The position numbers and the translations under genes are program-made. Of a DNA stretch of 64,000 bases, positions 19,073 through 27,884 are shown piece by piece (within the stretch, counting starts at the first letter, position 1; each line of letters starts with the position of its first letter). The notes beneath the pieces were generated by a model, which made no database searches, was not told where the DNA came from, and worked only from the letters and a program-made list of their open reading frames with translations. Origin of the DNA: Thermodesulfobacteriota bacterium (lineage in GTDB: Bacteria; Desulfobacterota; Binatia; Bin18); contig OZ219926.1 in assembly GCA_964291405.2 (NCBI GenBank), positions 1,216,001 to 1,280,000 on the forward strand. Reading direction: 5' to 3'.

Positions 19073-19417
19073 TCAAAACCTCGGTTCGTGTCTCGGCACA
19101 AACCGAGTGGACTCAAAACCGTCAACCACCTCCGGCTGCCCGAACAATTCTACTGCTGGCGCAATCTCCGCCAAGGATAATGTCAGAAAAAATAGCCGCC
19201 GCACTTCCCCAGGCATTGCATCAGGGGGAAATTGCTTCAGATATTCAAGGATGACCTCCATGCGGGGAAAGATCGCATCATAAAAGGTCTGGAGCTCTTC
19301 CCTGGTGCTTGACAGACGCCTTCTATTGCGCGCTCTTTCTTCCGCCAGAGCCCACGCACTGACAAAAGGCTCGAGGTCGGTAAACTGACTCGGCAACAAA
19401 CCGTTAGGCATGGGCAC
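19073..19417 (-). CDS. Small hypothetical protein coupled to a Rieske oxygenase
   Basis: 3 bp downstream of the Rieske gene; LP..F.DLEPF...W.L..E..R...RL.S...ELQ.FYDA pattern. Confidence 0.7.
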   Translation of the reverse strand: MPMPNGLLPSQFTDLEPFVSAWALAEERARNRRRLSSTREELQTFYDAIFPRMEVILEYLKQFPPDAMPGEVRRLFFLTLSLAEIAPAVELFGQPEVVDGFESTRFVPRHEPRF

Positions 19418-19420
19418 CCC

Positions 19421-20638
19421 CTATTGTCCGCTACCGCCTATAAAGTCTTCCGCCACCTTATTCGCGTGTCTGATCATGACCTCCTGATCTTGCAGGGGAG
19501 AGTGCGTTATTGCCCCGGAAGTGAGCCCTCTTTGCACGTTTTCCAGGGTGCTGCCGTCTTCCAGCCACACGTCACGAGTGACGCATCTCGTATATTCCTG
19601 GCTAAACCATTGGGCGGTGTCTTCTGCCTTGGGTAAATACAACCGGGCCTCCCAAAGCGACCGATCGACCGTTATCGGCCACATATAGTGGGTGAGGCAG
19701 AACCCACCAAACAGTAAGAAGTGGAAATTCGGGAAGATATAATAGAGATCAAAAGACCAATTCGGACTTCTGGTCGGATTGAGCACCTGCGGGGGCAGTC
19801 GCTCAAGAAAGGAGCCGGTTGCCTCCGCACTGAGCATCGCCCCGAATCGGGCAGCGAGGGCTTCTACGGGCGTGGGCGTATGGTTCTGATTGCCGTAGCC
19901 CGAGAGCATGCTGTGGCGGTCATAGAGTTTGACGTCGAGGGTATGAACCGCGGGATTTTCTCTATTGGTGAAAAAATCCGGAATCGTATGCGCGTGCAGG
20001 CTCTTGGCGTGATACGCCTCGAGCTGGGAGTCTCGTGCAACTCTCCAGTTGCACTGCAGCTCTGCCTTATAGGAGTAACAGGCCGGTAGCTCCGCAAAGG
20101 GAAATTCTCTCAATACCGTCGCCACCTCGCCCAGATACTGCTGCAAGGTTTCCTGTGGGTTGGGATCCAGATGGATGAAGATAAACCCGCCACAGATGTC
20201 CGTGGTAACCGGAGTCAGAGCATATTCTTTTTTCTCGAAATCAAAGAACATCTCCTCTTCCGGCACCCCGACCAGCTGGCCGTCTGGCGCATAGGTCCAG
20301 CCGTGGAATTTGCACGTCAATTTCTGACACGAACCCGAGCCATGCCAAACTAGCTTATTCCCTCGATGTTTACACACATTATGGAAAGCCCGCACGACTC
20401 CGTCCTGTCCGCGAACCACAAGAATCGAGGTGCTGCCCACGGCAAGGTCCTGAACAAAGTAGTCTCCGGCCTGCGGAATTTCTTCTACTCTTCCGACGTT
20501 GAGCCACACCCGCCGAAAGATCCGCTCACGTTCCAACTCAAAATATTCCGGCGAAATATAGGGCTCAATCGGCGCTGGGCCGGTTCCCAGCTCAGGATAC
20601 TGTGCTGTCCAGCGTGGATTGTTGGTTACAGGCTCCAT
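19421..20638 (-). CDS. Rieske aromatic ring-hydroxylating oxygenase alpha subunit
   Basis: CKHRG...CKFHGW; NW.....QLEAYH...LH; IFPNF; ED. Confidence 0.92.
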   Translation of the reverse strand: MEPVTNNPRWTAQYPELGTGPAPIEPYISPEYFELERERIFRRVWLNVGRVEEIPQAGDYFVQDLAVGSTSILVVRGQDGVVRAFHNVCKHRGNKLVWHGSGSCQKLTCKFHGWTYAPDGQLVGVPEEEMFFDFEKKEYALTPVTTDICGGFIFIHLDPNPQETLQQYLGEVATVLREFPFAELPACYSYKAELQCNWRVARDSQLEAYHAKSLHAHTIPDFFTNRENPAVHTLDVKLYDRHSMLSGYGNQNHTPTPVEALAARFGAMLSAEATGSFLERLPPQVLNPTRSPNWSFDLYYIFPNFHFLLFGGFCLTHYMWPITVDRSLWEARLYLPKAEDTAQWFSQEYTRCVTRDVWLEDGSTLENVQRGLTSGAITHSPLQDQEVMIRHANKVAEDFIGGSGQ

Positions 20639-20686
20639 GCTCTCCCTCCTTATCTGAACGTGTTTTGAGGGGAACCTATGGCCAGG

Positions 20687-21082
20687 CTAGAGCAGGTCTG
20701 CCCCGGCCTGAGCACATTCCTCGTCCTGCTGACCCGTCCCCCCACCAACACCGCACCCGCCCTCAAGGACTCCACCGCGCATGATCGCAACGCCCCCCTG
20801 GCTGGCGATCATGTGGCCTCCTTCTGCGGCAACAATCCCGCGCACAATCGGGCTGTCGGCCATCTGTTGGAGGGCGCCACTGGGCCGGGCAAAGCCGGCT
20901 GAAGCGACGGCCTTCCCCTGAGAGCCGTAGACACCGGCCCATAGGGCATCGTCCATACGGTTGAAGGCCATGAGGCGCCCCCCAGCGTCACACACGGCCA
21001 CGCTGATCTTGATGTTAAGCTCCTGAGCCTTGGCTATGGCCCCGGCAACAATGCGGTTCGCTTCCTCTAATGTCAGTGCCAT
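20687..21082 (-). CDS. GlcG/HbpS family heme-binding protein
   Basis: VAVCDAGG, RMD, KA, GG...GGCGVGGG....DEECA. Confidence 0.88.
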   Translation of the reverse strand: MALTLEEANRIVAGAIAKAQELNIKISVAVCDAGGRLMAFNRMDDALWAGVYGSQGKAVASAGFARPSGALQQMADSPIVRGIVAAEGGHMIASQGGVAIMRGGVLEGGCGVGGGTGQQDEECAQAGADLL

Positions 21083-21204
21083 ACGGTAAACCCTCCTCTC
21101 TCAGTATAAAATTGAACTTGCAAATTCCGGGTAATTTTGCAAACGATGCAGAGGAAAAAGATAGCAGTGTTTGGCCGAGCAACCTACAGGAAAGGAGCAG
21201 TCAC

Positions 21205-21918
21205 ATGAGGGCAGAGAGTCTGGAATATAAAGACGGGGATGTCACGCTCAAGGGATTTGTGGCGCTGGATGACCAGAGCAACCATAAGCGACCCGGCATT
21301 CTGGTGATGCCCGAGGCGTTTGGATTGGGCAAGCAGGCCAAGGACCGTGCTCTGCGGCTGGCCTCACTCGGCTATGCCGCACTGGCGGGCGACCCGTATG
21401 GCAACGGCCTGGAGGTCAGCGATCTTCAGGAAGCGATTAAACACGCAGGGGCCATACGTGAGGATAACACCAAGTTTCGCCAGCGCATCCGCGCCGGACT
21501 CGACGCGCTGACGGCGCTGCCCCAGGTTGATACCGACCGGCTTGTGGTCATGGGCTATTGCATGGGAGGGTCCTGTTCTCTGGAGATGGCGCGGGACGGC
21601 GCACCACTCAAGGGCGTGGTCTCATTCCACGGCGCCTTGGAAACGCAGAGTCCAGCAGAGCCGGGTAAGGTCCAGGCAAAGGTCCTGGTGTGCCACGGCG
21701 CGGATGATCCCTTTGTTCCGGTCGAACATGTCACTGCCTTTGAAGAGGAGATGACCAAGGCCGGGGTGGACTGGCAGGTCATCAGCTACGGCGGCACGGT
21801 GCATAGCTTTACGAACCCGGAGGCCGACGGCTCCATAGAAGGCATTTGCTACAATAAACAGGCGGATGCGCGCTCGTGGCAGGCGATGCAGGCCTTCTTT
21901 GACGAGATTTTCGCCTAG
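21205..21918 (+). CDS. Dienelactone hydrolase family protein
   Basis: GYCMGG, SFHG, HGADD, HSFTNP; AAGGAG RBS. Confidence 0.9.
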   Translation: MRAESLEYKDGDVTLKGFVALDDQSNHKRPGILVMPEAFGLGKQAKDRALRLASLGYAALAGDPYGNGLEVSDLQEAIKHAGAIREDNTKFRQRIRAGLDALTALPQVDTDRLVVMGYCMGGSCSLEMARDGAPLKGVVSFHGALETQSPAEPGKVQAKVLVCHGADDPFVPVEHVTAFEEEMTKAGVDWQVISYGGTVHSFTNPEADGSIEGICYNKQADARSWQAMQAFFDEIFA

Positions 21919-21921
21919 CCG

Positions 21922-22590
21922 CTATCCTGACCGGCCCGACCGGATTGCATACACATCGACCTCTTCACGTCCAGCCATCCAGTCCGTCTCGCGGTGCTGG
22001 ACCTGGACGTGAAAGCGGGCGGCCGCAAGTTGCTCTAAAAATTTTTCGACGCCCTCCCGTCGCGGGTCGCCGAAAAAGGCCATACCTCCCGTTTTGAGCG
22101 TGGCCGCCAGGAGTTGATACATCCAGCCGCCGTCGACCGCCTCGTACAAGACGTCAGCTCCGACAAGCACATCGTACTGGCCAAGCTGCCGCACGCTGCT
22201 CTCATCCAGCCAGCAGCGGCACTGTTCCTGGACACGGGGGACGGTGTTGAGCTCGCAGTTCCGCTGGACCAGCCGCAGAGACTCGGGAATATGATCAAGC
22301 GCAGTGACACGCGCGCCCAGTGAGGCCAGCACCACACTCTCCAGCCCGACCCCGCAGCCAACCACCAAGGCATGTTTGTCGCGCCACCACTCCGCGGGAT
22401 AGGTCGAGGCGAGATGCTGCGACAGAGCGAGGCTCGCCGGCCAGGCCAGATGCCAGTAGTCGTTCGCACCGCAGTACGGACAGCGGGAAAAATCGGGCTG
22501 GACGTTGCGGAGTTCAATCAGACGCACGACGAGCTGCGGCGTGACCCGATACGGGAGAATGCTTTCCTCAAACAGTGGGCGCTCGCTCAT
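21922..22590 (-). CDS. Class I SAM methyltransferase (lysine methyltransferase-like)
   Basis: YW..WPAS, VGCGVG, GADVLYE, DPRR. Confidence 0.8.
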   Translation of the reverse strand: MSERPLFEESILPYRVTPQLVVRLIELRNVQPDFSRCPYCGANDYWHLAWPASLALSQHLASTYPAEWWRDKHALVVGCGVGLESVVLASLGARVTALDHIPESLRLVQRNCELNTVPRVQEQCRCWLDESSVRQLGQYDVLVGADVLYEAVDGGWMYQLLAATLKTGGMAFFGDPRREGVEKFLEQLAAARFHVQVQHRETDWMAGREEVDVYAIRSGRSG

Positions 22591-22762
22591 ACCTCGGCGA
22601 TCCTTTCGAAAGACATGCCACCATTATCAGGAAAAAGGCGGATGGGGAGACCCATTTTCGCTTGACAGCGACCATTCCGGTGCACTAGGACGGGGACACG
22701 GGGAAATCACGGAGAGCACGCACTATTTCTTTCAGTCAACGTTGAGCGAGAGGAGGGACACT

Positions 22763-23359
22763 ATGGCACGGCTCAGTCTCGTTGATCACAAGCAGATGAG
22801 TCCGCAGTATGCGCAACTGGTGGAACGGGTAAAGAGTGCGGACGGCTATGTCAATTTTTTGAGCATGATGGCCCACCGCCAGGAGGTGGTTGAGCCCATG
22901 TGGCGGGCCTATGTCGATATGTTCGAGGGCGGCGTTGTCGAGCCACCGCTCAAGGAGTTGGTGCGCATCAAAATTGCCTATCTGAACGGGTGTTTATTTT
23001 GACAGGGCTTTCGCTACGCATCGGTGATGCGCAAAGGCCTGACCGAGGAAAAAATCGCCCAGCTTGAGGATTATGAAAACAGCCCGGCCTTTACTCCGCG
23101 CGAGAAAAGCGCCCTCAGATTTGCCGAGAAGCTGGCCATTGACTATGACTCGATTGATAACGACGAGTTCTTTATCGGGCTCCAGCAACATTTTACCGAC
23201 GCCGAGATCGTCGAGCTCGGTATCGTGATCGGATATGACATCGCTTTTGGCCGGCTGCTGCGCGTGTTTGACGCCGACCCGAAGGTGTGTGAGGTTCCAG
23301 AGCATCGCGAGGTTGGCGTAGACGTGACCCAATCCTCCGCTCTGTCCACAGCAAAATAA
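22763..23359 (+). CDS. AhpD / carboxymuconolactone decarboxylase-like selenoprotein (CxxU; TGA 23000-23002 read as Sec)
   Basis: ORFs 22505-23002 and 23024-23359 are in the same frame. Joined protein reads LKELVRIKIAYLNGCLF-U-QGFRY...FTPREKSALRFAEK...HFTDAEIVEL. A SECIS-like hairpin follows the TGA. Confidence 0.85.
23003..23041 (+). promoter_or_regulatory. Putative bacterial SECIS element
   Basis: CAGGGCTTT-CGCTA-CGCATC-GGT-GATGCG-C-AAAGGCCTG: two-part stem with a G-containing apical loop, immediately after the in-frame TGA. Confidence 0.7.
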
Positions 23360-23368
23360 TGAATGCCA

Positions 23369-23401
23369 CGGGTGGGTCAGACCGGCCCACCCGCTTCTTT
23401 T
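23369..23401 (+). terminator. Rho-independent terminator
   Basis: CGGGTGGGTC-AGACC-GGCCCACCCG stem followed by CTTCTTTT. Confidence 0.7.
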
Positions 23402-23446
23402 GGATAGCCTACCGGAACGGCTCGGCGCTGTCGTCAAACAGCGCCC

Positions 23447-24676
23447 TCATATCCGTTCGATAATCGTGGCAATGCCCATACCGCCACCGATGCACATAGT
23501 GACCAGCCCGGTGGTTTTATCCTGACGTTCGAGTTCGTCGAGAACGGTGCCCATGAGCATGCTGCCAGTTGCGCCGAGCGGATGACCGAGGGCGATCGCC
23601 CCACCGTTGACGTTGACCGTGTCCGGGTCTATGTCACAGTCGCGCATGGTTTTCAGGGGGACGACCGCGAATGCCTCGTTGATCTCAATCAGGTCAATAT
23701 CCTTGATCGTCATGCCGGCTTTTTTGAGCACCTTTTTGGTCGCCGGAACCGGGGCGGTCAACATGATAATGGGCTCATCCCCCGCGGTTGCGGTGGCGAC
23801 AATCCGAGCGCGCGGCTTCATACCGTGGCTGCGGGCATACTCCGGAGAGGCGAGCAGCAGGGCTCCCGCACCGTCAACAATACCCGACGAATTACCGGCG
23901 TGATGTACGTGGTCGATCTCTTGCACGTCCGTGTAGCGCGACCGCGCCTTTTCGTCGAAACTCAGTGTGTCGCCCTTTTGCACATACTTCCCCAGTTCCG
24001 CAAAGGACGGCGGCAGTTGACCAAGCCCCTTAAGCGTCGTGTTTGGTCGGGGATACTCGTCGTGTTCCAGGATGAGCGTACCGTCAGCATCGCGCACGGG
24101 AATCAGGCTCTTTTTCAAGCGGCCCTCTTCATGAGCCCGGGCGTAGCGCTGCTGGCTCGATAGCGCGAATGTGTCACAATCCTCGCGGCTGAACCCTTCT
24201 CGGGTGGCAATCAAATCGCCGGAGATGCCTTGCTGGACAAGCGGGTGGAGTTGACGCAGATGCCGATTATGGCCGTCAATCCCGCCACGGTCCGCATTCA
24301 TCGGCACGCGAGACATGGACTCCACACCCCCGGCAACCACCAGGTCCTGCTCACCAGCCTTGATACCCATGGCCGCAAAATTGACCGCCTGCTGTCCCGA
24401 GCCGCAGAACCGGTTAATCGTCACCCCGGTCGAATCGTTCGGCCACTCGGCTGCCAGCACGGACATCCGGGCGATGCACATGGCCTGTTCACCATAGGCC
24501 GTCACGCAGCCGACCACCACGTCATCAACATCGCGCGGGTCCAGGTCGTTTCGTTCTTTTGTGGCATTCAGGGCTTGCGCCATGAGTTCCTGGGGATGGA
24601 TCCCTGCCAGCGCACCATCCTTCTTTCCCCGTCCGCGCGGGGTTCGAACGGCATCAATAATCCAGGCTTCACCCAT
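23447..24676 (-). CDS. Acetyl-CoA C-acyltransferase (thiolase)
   Basis: [27 protein letters not shown]. Confidence 0.95.
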   Translation of the reverse strand: MGEAWIIDAVRTPRGRGKKDGALAGIHPQELMAQALNATKERNDLDPRDVDDVVVGCVTAYGEQAMCIARMSVLAAEWPNDSTGVTINRFCGSGQQAVNFAAMGIKAGEQDLVVAGGVESMSRVPMNADRGGIDGHNRHLRQLHPLVQQGISGDLIATREGFSREDCDTFALSSQQRYARAHEEGRLKKSLIPVRDADGTLILEHDEYPRPNTTLKGLGQLPPSFAELGKYVQKGDTLSFDEKARSRYTDVQEIDHVHHAGNSSGIVDGAGALLLASPEYARSHGMKPRARIVATATAGDEPIIMLTAPVPATKKVLKKAGMTIKDIDLIEINEAFAVVPLKTMRDCDIDPDTVNVNGGAIALGHPLGATGSMLMGTVLDELERQDKTTGLVTMCIGGGMGIATIIERI

Positions 24677-24751
24677 GACTTCCTCCATCCTTTCCTGTCA
24701 GCTAATTCAGTGAGGCGAGACGGTGCTGCCGACACCGCTGTCACGGCCGGC

Positions 24752-25405
24752 TCAGTGCGGCGAGATGGCCATCGCCATCATGACCGACCGCTCAATTTCG
24801 GCGATCACGCTACCGACTTCGTGACCGATCAGGTCCATCTTGCGCAACTGCTCAATACGGGGAGTGGCCCGTTCGAGTTCCCCGGCGGTGAAGATGTCGC
24901 GCAGGAAACCGGCAGCGTCGACCAAACAGATCATGGCCACATCCCTGGGGTCGGGGATATCATCGGACAGCAACACATCCGAAATCCGCAGTCTGACCTC
25001 GCGTTCGACGCGCCCGTCAATCGTCGGATAGCGTCGCGCCCGGAAGACCCACAGGAATTTCTTGTCCTGGGACTCCAGAATGCCACGTTCAATCAAACTG
25101 GCCAGGGCCTGCTGCCGGATTTCGGTCGTATCCTGGCCGGCCAGGGTTTCTATCCAGCCCCTGGTATCCTTGGGCTGACTGGAGTTCGTAATATGTGCCA
25201 GAGCCTGATCGAGAATCGGATTTCCGGTCGGTGTCGTGTCGAGACAGGTGAGGTGCTCGAGGTCGGTATCAATGCGGTTGGCAAAGGCCAGGTCCATCAG
25301 CACCGCACCGGCGAGGATGTATTCCATCGCCCCGCCCCGGGTTGGCAGGAATGACCCGTCGTCGTCCAGTATCAGCAGCATGATCTCTTCGGCAAAGGTC
25401 AGCAT
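24752..25405 (-). CDS. GPP34 / GOLPH3-like protein
   Basis: LTFAEEIMLLILDD, GAVLMDLAFANRI, PTG.PILD, L.ERGIL...KFLWVF...RYP. Confidence 0.8.
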   Translation of the reverse strand: MLTFAEEIMLLILDDDGSFLPTRGGAMEYILAGAVLMDLAFANRIDTDLEHLTCLDTTPTGNPILDQALAHITNSSQPKDTRGWIETLAGQDTTEIRQQALASLIERGILESQDKKFLWVFRARRYPTIDGRVEREVRLRISDVLLSDDIPDPRDVAMICLVDAAGFLRDIFTAGELERATPRIEQLRKMDLIGHEVGSVIAEIERSVMMAMAISPH

Positions 25406-25414
25406 AACATATCC

Positions 25415-25750
25415 TCAGGACTGGGCCGTCAGGGCGCTCTCACGCGTGTCGTAGTAGTCGAGCATGGTCAGAAAGCCGCTGCTCTCCATGACGGATTTGC
25501 AGGTCGCCCGGAGCGTGCAGAGCATCAGCTTACCGCCACCCTGTTGGCATTTTCTGGCGCCCACAAGCATGATACGCAGACCGGCGCTGCCGATGTAATT
25601 CATATTGCTGCAATCGAGCAATATCCGGGTATTACCGCGGTCAACGACACCCGAGATATACTTCTCCAGGTCCGGTGCGGTAGAACCGTCAACACGCCCG
25701 TCCAGCGAGACAATAACCACAGAGTCTATCGTTTGCTCTTCAATCTTCAA
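25415..25750 (-). CDS. STAS-domain anti-anti-sigma factor, copy 2 (TTG start)
   Basis: GRVD, LLDCSNMNYIGSAGLR; near-identical to the upstream copy. Confidence 0.85.
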   Translation of the reverse strand: MKIEEQTIDSVVIVSLDGRVDGSTAPDLEKYISGVVDRGNTRILLDCSNMNYIGSAGLRIMLVGARKCQQGGGKLMLCTLRATCKSVMESSGFLTMLDYYDTRESALTAQS

Positions 25751-25760
25751 CGGCGCGTCC

Positions 25761-26096
25761 TCAGGATTGTGCGGCCAGGGCACCCTCACGGGTGTCGTAG
25801 TAGTCGAGCATGGTCAGGAAGCCGCTGACCTCCATGACGGATTTACAGGTCGCCCGGAGCGTGCAGAGCATCAGCTTGCCGCCACCCTGTTGGCATTTTT
25901 TGGCGCCCACAAGCACAACGCGCAGACCGGCGCTGCTGATGTAATCCATATTGCTGCAATCGAGCAATATCCGGGTATTACCGCGTTCAACCACATCCGA
26001 AATATGCTTCTCCAGGTCCGGTGCGGTGGAACCGTCAACACGCCCGTCCAGTGAGACAATAACCACAGAGTCTACCGTTTGCTCTTCAATCTTCAT
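25761..26096 (-). CDS. STAS-domain anti-anti-sigma factor, copy 1
   Basis: GRVD, LLDCSNMDYISSAGLR; ATG at 26096. Confidence 0.88.
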   Translation of the reverse strand: MKIEEQTVDSVVIVSLDGRVDGSTAPDLEKHISDVVERGNTRILLDCSNMDYISSAGLRVVLVGAKKCQQGGGKLMLCTLRATCKSVMEVSGFLTMLDYYDTREGALAAQS

Positions 26097-26303
26097 TGGC
26101 CAGCCTTTCTCTTCGATCTCAACCGACTCGTCGCATTTAACCGTTTGGCTGAGGCAGGGATAGCACAGTGACCGGTAGGCGGCAACCCATTTTTTGGCCA
26201 CCGGCAGAGCCCGCCCGGGGCAATCGGCACCCTTGGCGAGGCGGACGATTGCTGGCAGAATACCCCGAAGTCAAGGGGCTGGACACTACAATCGAACAGG
26301 GAG

Positions 26304-27530
26304 ATGCGTATGGACAACGGAATTCTATCAGGACTGCGTGTGATTGACTGCGGGACCTATGTTGCCGGGCCGGCCTCGACGACCATCATGTCGGATTTCG
26401 GTGCCGAGGTATTGAAGATCGAGCGCCCGCAGGGCGGAGACCTCTATCGCTCCATGTCGGATTTACCGGGATTTGCCAAGGCAGACCTCAACTGGGGCTG
26501 GATTCTGACCAGTCGGAATAAGAAGAGCGTCGCTCTCGACCTGGCTTCACCCCAGGGCAGAGAAGTGCTCATTCGGCTGATCAAGACCGCGGACGTGTTT
26601 GTCTCCAACTACCAGCATCCGCTGCTCGAAAAGTTCCGGCTGACCTGGAAAGACCTTCAGCCGGAAAACGATCGGCTCATCTATGCCCATCTGAGCGGCT
26701 ACGGAGATGAAGGCGAAGATGCCGACGCGCCCACGTATGACGCGCTGGCCTATTGGGCGCGCTCGGGCCTGATGATGAGCGTTGTGGGCATGGACGGCAC
26801 ACCGGGCGGCCCGCGTCCGGGCATGGGCGACCACCCGACCTCGGTATCCCTGTTTAGCGCGATTATGCTCGGCCTGTATCAGCGCGAACGTACCGGACGG
26901 GGATTGAAAGTCGGGACTTCGTTACTGGCTAGCGGGGCCTGGGCCAACGCCTGCGACCTCCAGGCAAAATTCTGTAACGCCACCTTTCCGGAACGCGACG
27001 AAGACGGCACACCGCCAAACCCGTTAGCCGCCGGCTATCGGAGTCGTGACGGCAAAGCCTTCCTGGCCATCCTGCTCGACCCCGACAAGGAACTCCCCAA
27101 TCTGTGCAAGGCCCTCGGCCAGGCCGAACTGGCTACCAACCCGCTGTTTGCCACCAACGAGGCCAGGGCGGAGAACGCGGCGGCCCTCTTTGCCATTTTA
27201 CAGGGCCAGTTTGAAACGCGGGACCTCGATGAGTGGCGAGTGCTGTTCAAGCAGGCCGACATCAAATGGGCGCCTCTACCCGTGCGGGACGAAGTGGTCG
27301 AAGACCCCCAGATGCGGGCCGCCGGCGCATTCGTGGACATGGAGTACCCTGGGCACGGCAAGCTGACGACCGTCAACAGCCCCATTTTCACGACTGACGG
27401 TGAAAAGCGAACGCCAACCCCGGCCCCGCAGTTGGGCGACCATACCAGCGAAATCCTGCGCGACCTAGGGTATGACGAAGCGGCCATAGCCGCGCTGGTA
27501 CGTGACGGCATAGCGGCAGTGGGCGGGTGA
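26304..27530 (+). CDS. CaiB/BaiF family III CoA transferase
   Basis: LSGLRVID, GP, GAEVLKIE, RNKKSVALDL, YD, GDH, APQLGDHT. Confidence 0.92.
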   Translation: MRMDNGILSGLRVIDCGTYVAGPASTTIMSDFGAEVLKIERPQGGDLYRSMSDLPGFAKADLNWGWILTSRNKKSVALDLASPQGREVLIRLIKTADVFVSNYQHPLLEKFRLTWKDLQPENDRLIYAHLSGYGDEGEDADAPTYDALAYWARSGLMMSVVGMDGTPGGPRPGMGDHPTSVSLFSAIMLGLYQRERTGRGLKVGTSLLASGAWANACDLQAKFCNATFPERDEDGTPPNPLAAGYRSRDGKAFLAILLDPDKELPNLCKALGQAELATNPLFATNEARAENAAALFAILQGQFETRDLDEWRVLFKQADIKWAPLPVRDEVVEDPQMRAAGAFVDMEYPGHGKLTTVNSPIFTTDGEKRTPTPAPQLGDHTSEILRDLGYDEAAIAALVRDGIAAVGG

Positions 27531-27544
27531 CTTCGGCCGGTAGC

Positions 27545-27577
27545 TGTCGGATTACGCCTGTGGCTCATCCGGCCTAC
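27545..27577. repeat. GTAG-type REP copy (island left edge)
   Basis: TGTCGGATTACGCCTGTGGCTCATCCGGCCTAC; same family as the unit at 6683-6715. Confidence 0.7.
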
Positions 27578-27597
27578 GGGACTGGGGGGGAGGAATC

Positions 27598-27864
27598 GTG
27601 CAATACGTCTATCCATGCGACCTCACCCCTGATGTCGAAGAGGGCGAAGGATACGTCGTGACCTTCCCGGACGTTCCCGAGGCCATCACCGGCGCACGAA
27701 CCAAAGAGGAGTCTCTTATTCTGGCCGAGGATGCCCTAGCTGTCGCGCTCGGCGCATACGTCGAGAACCGTGAAGACATTCCAATCCCAAGCACGGCCGT
27801 AGACGGCCAAGTTTTGGTCGCCCTCCCATCCATCGTTGCCGCCAATTCTCCGGTCAGTCGGTAA
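27598..27864 (+). pseudogene. hicB: HicB family antitoxin, C-terminally truncated, no hicA nearby
   Basis: YVVTFPDVPEAITGA.T.EE....AEDAL...IP.PS; ends just after VAA, where the HTH domain normally begins. Confidence 0.7.
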
Positions 27865-27884
27865 GCCGCAGGCGGACAACGTCA

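Noticed and set aside
20687-20700. CTAGAGCAG resembling the MITE end
   Set aside because: It lies inside the GlcG coding sequence (Leu-Leu-stop) and the similarity does not extend
23024-23359. Independent 111-aa gene
   Set aside because: No RBS; it is the in-frame C-terminal half of the selenoprotein
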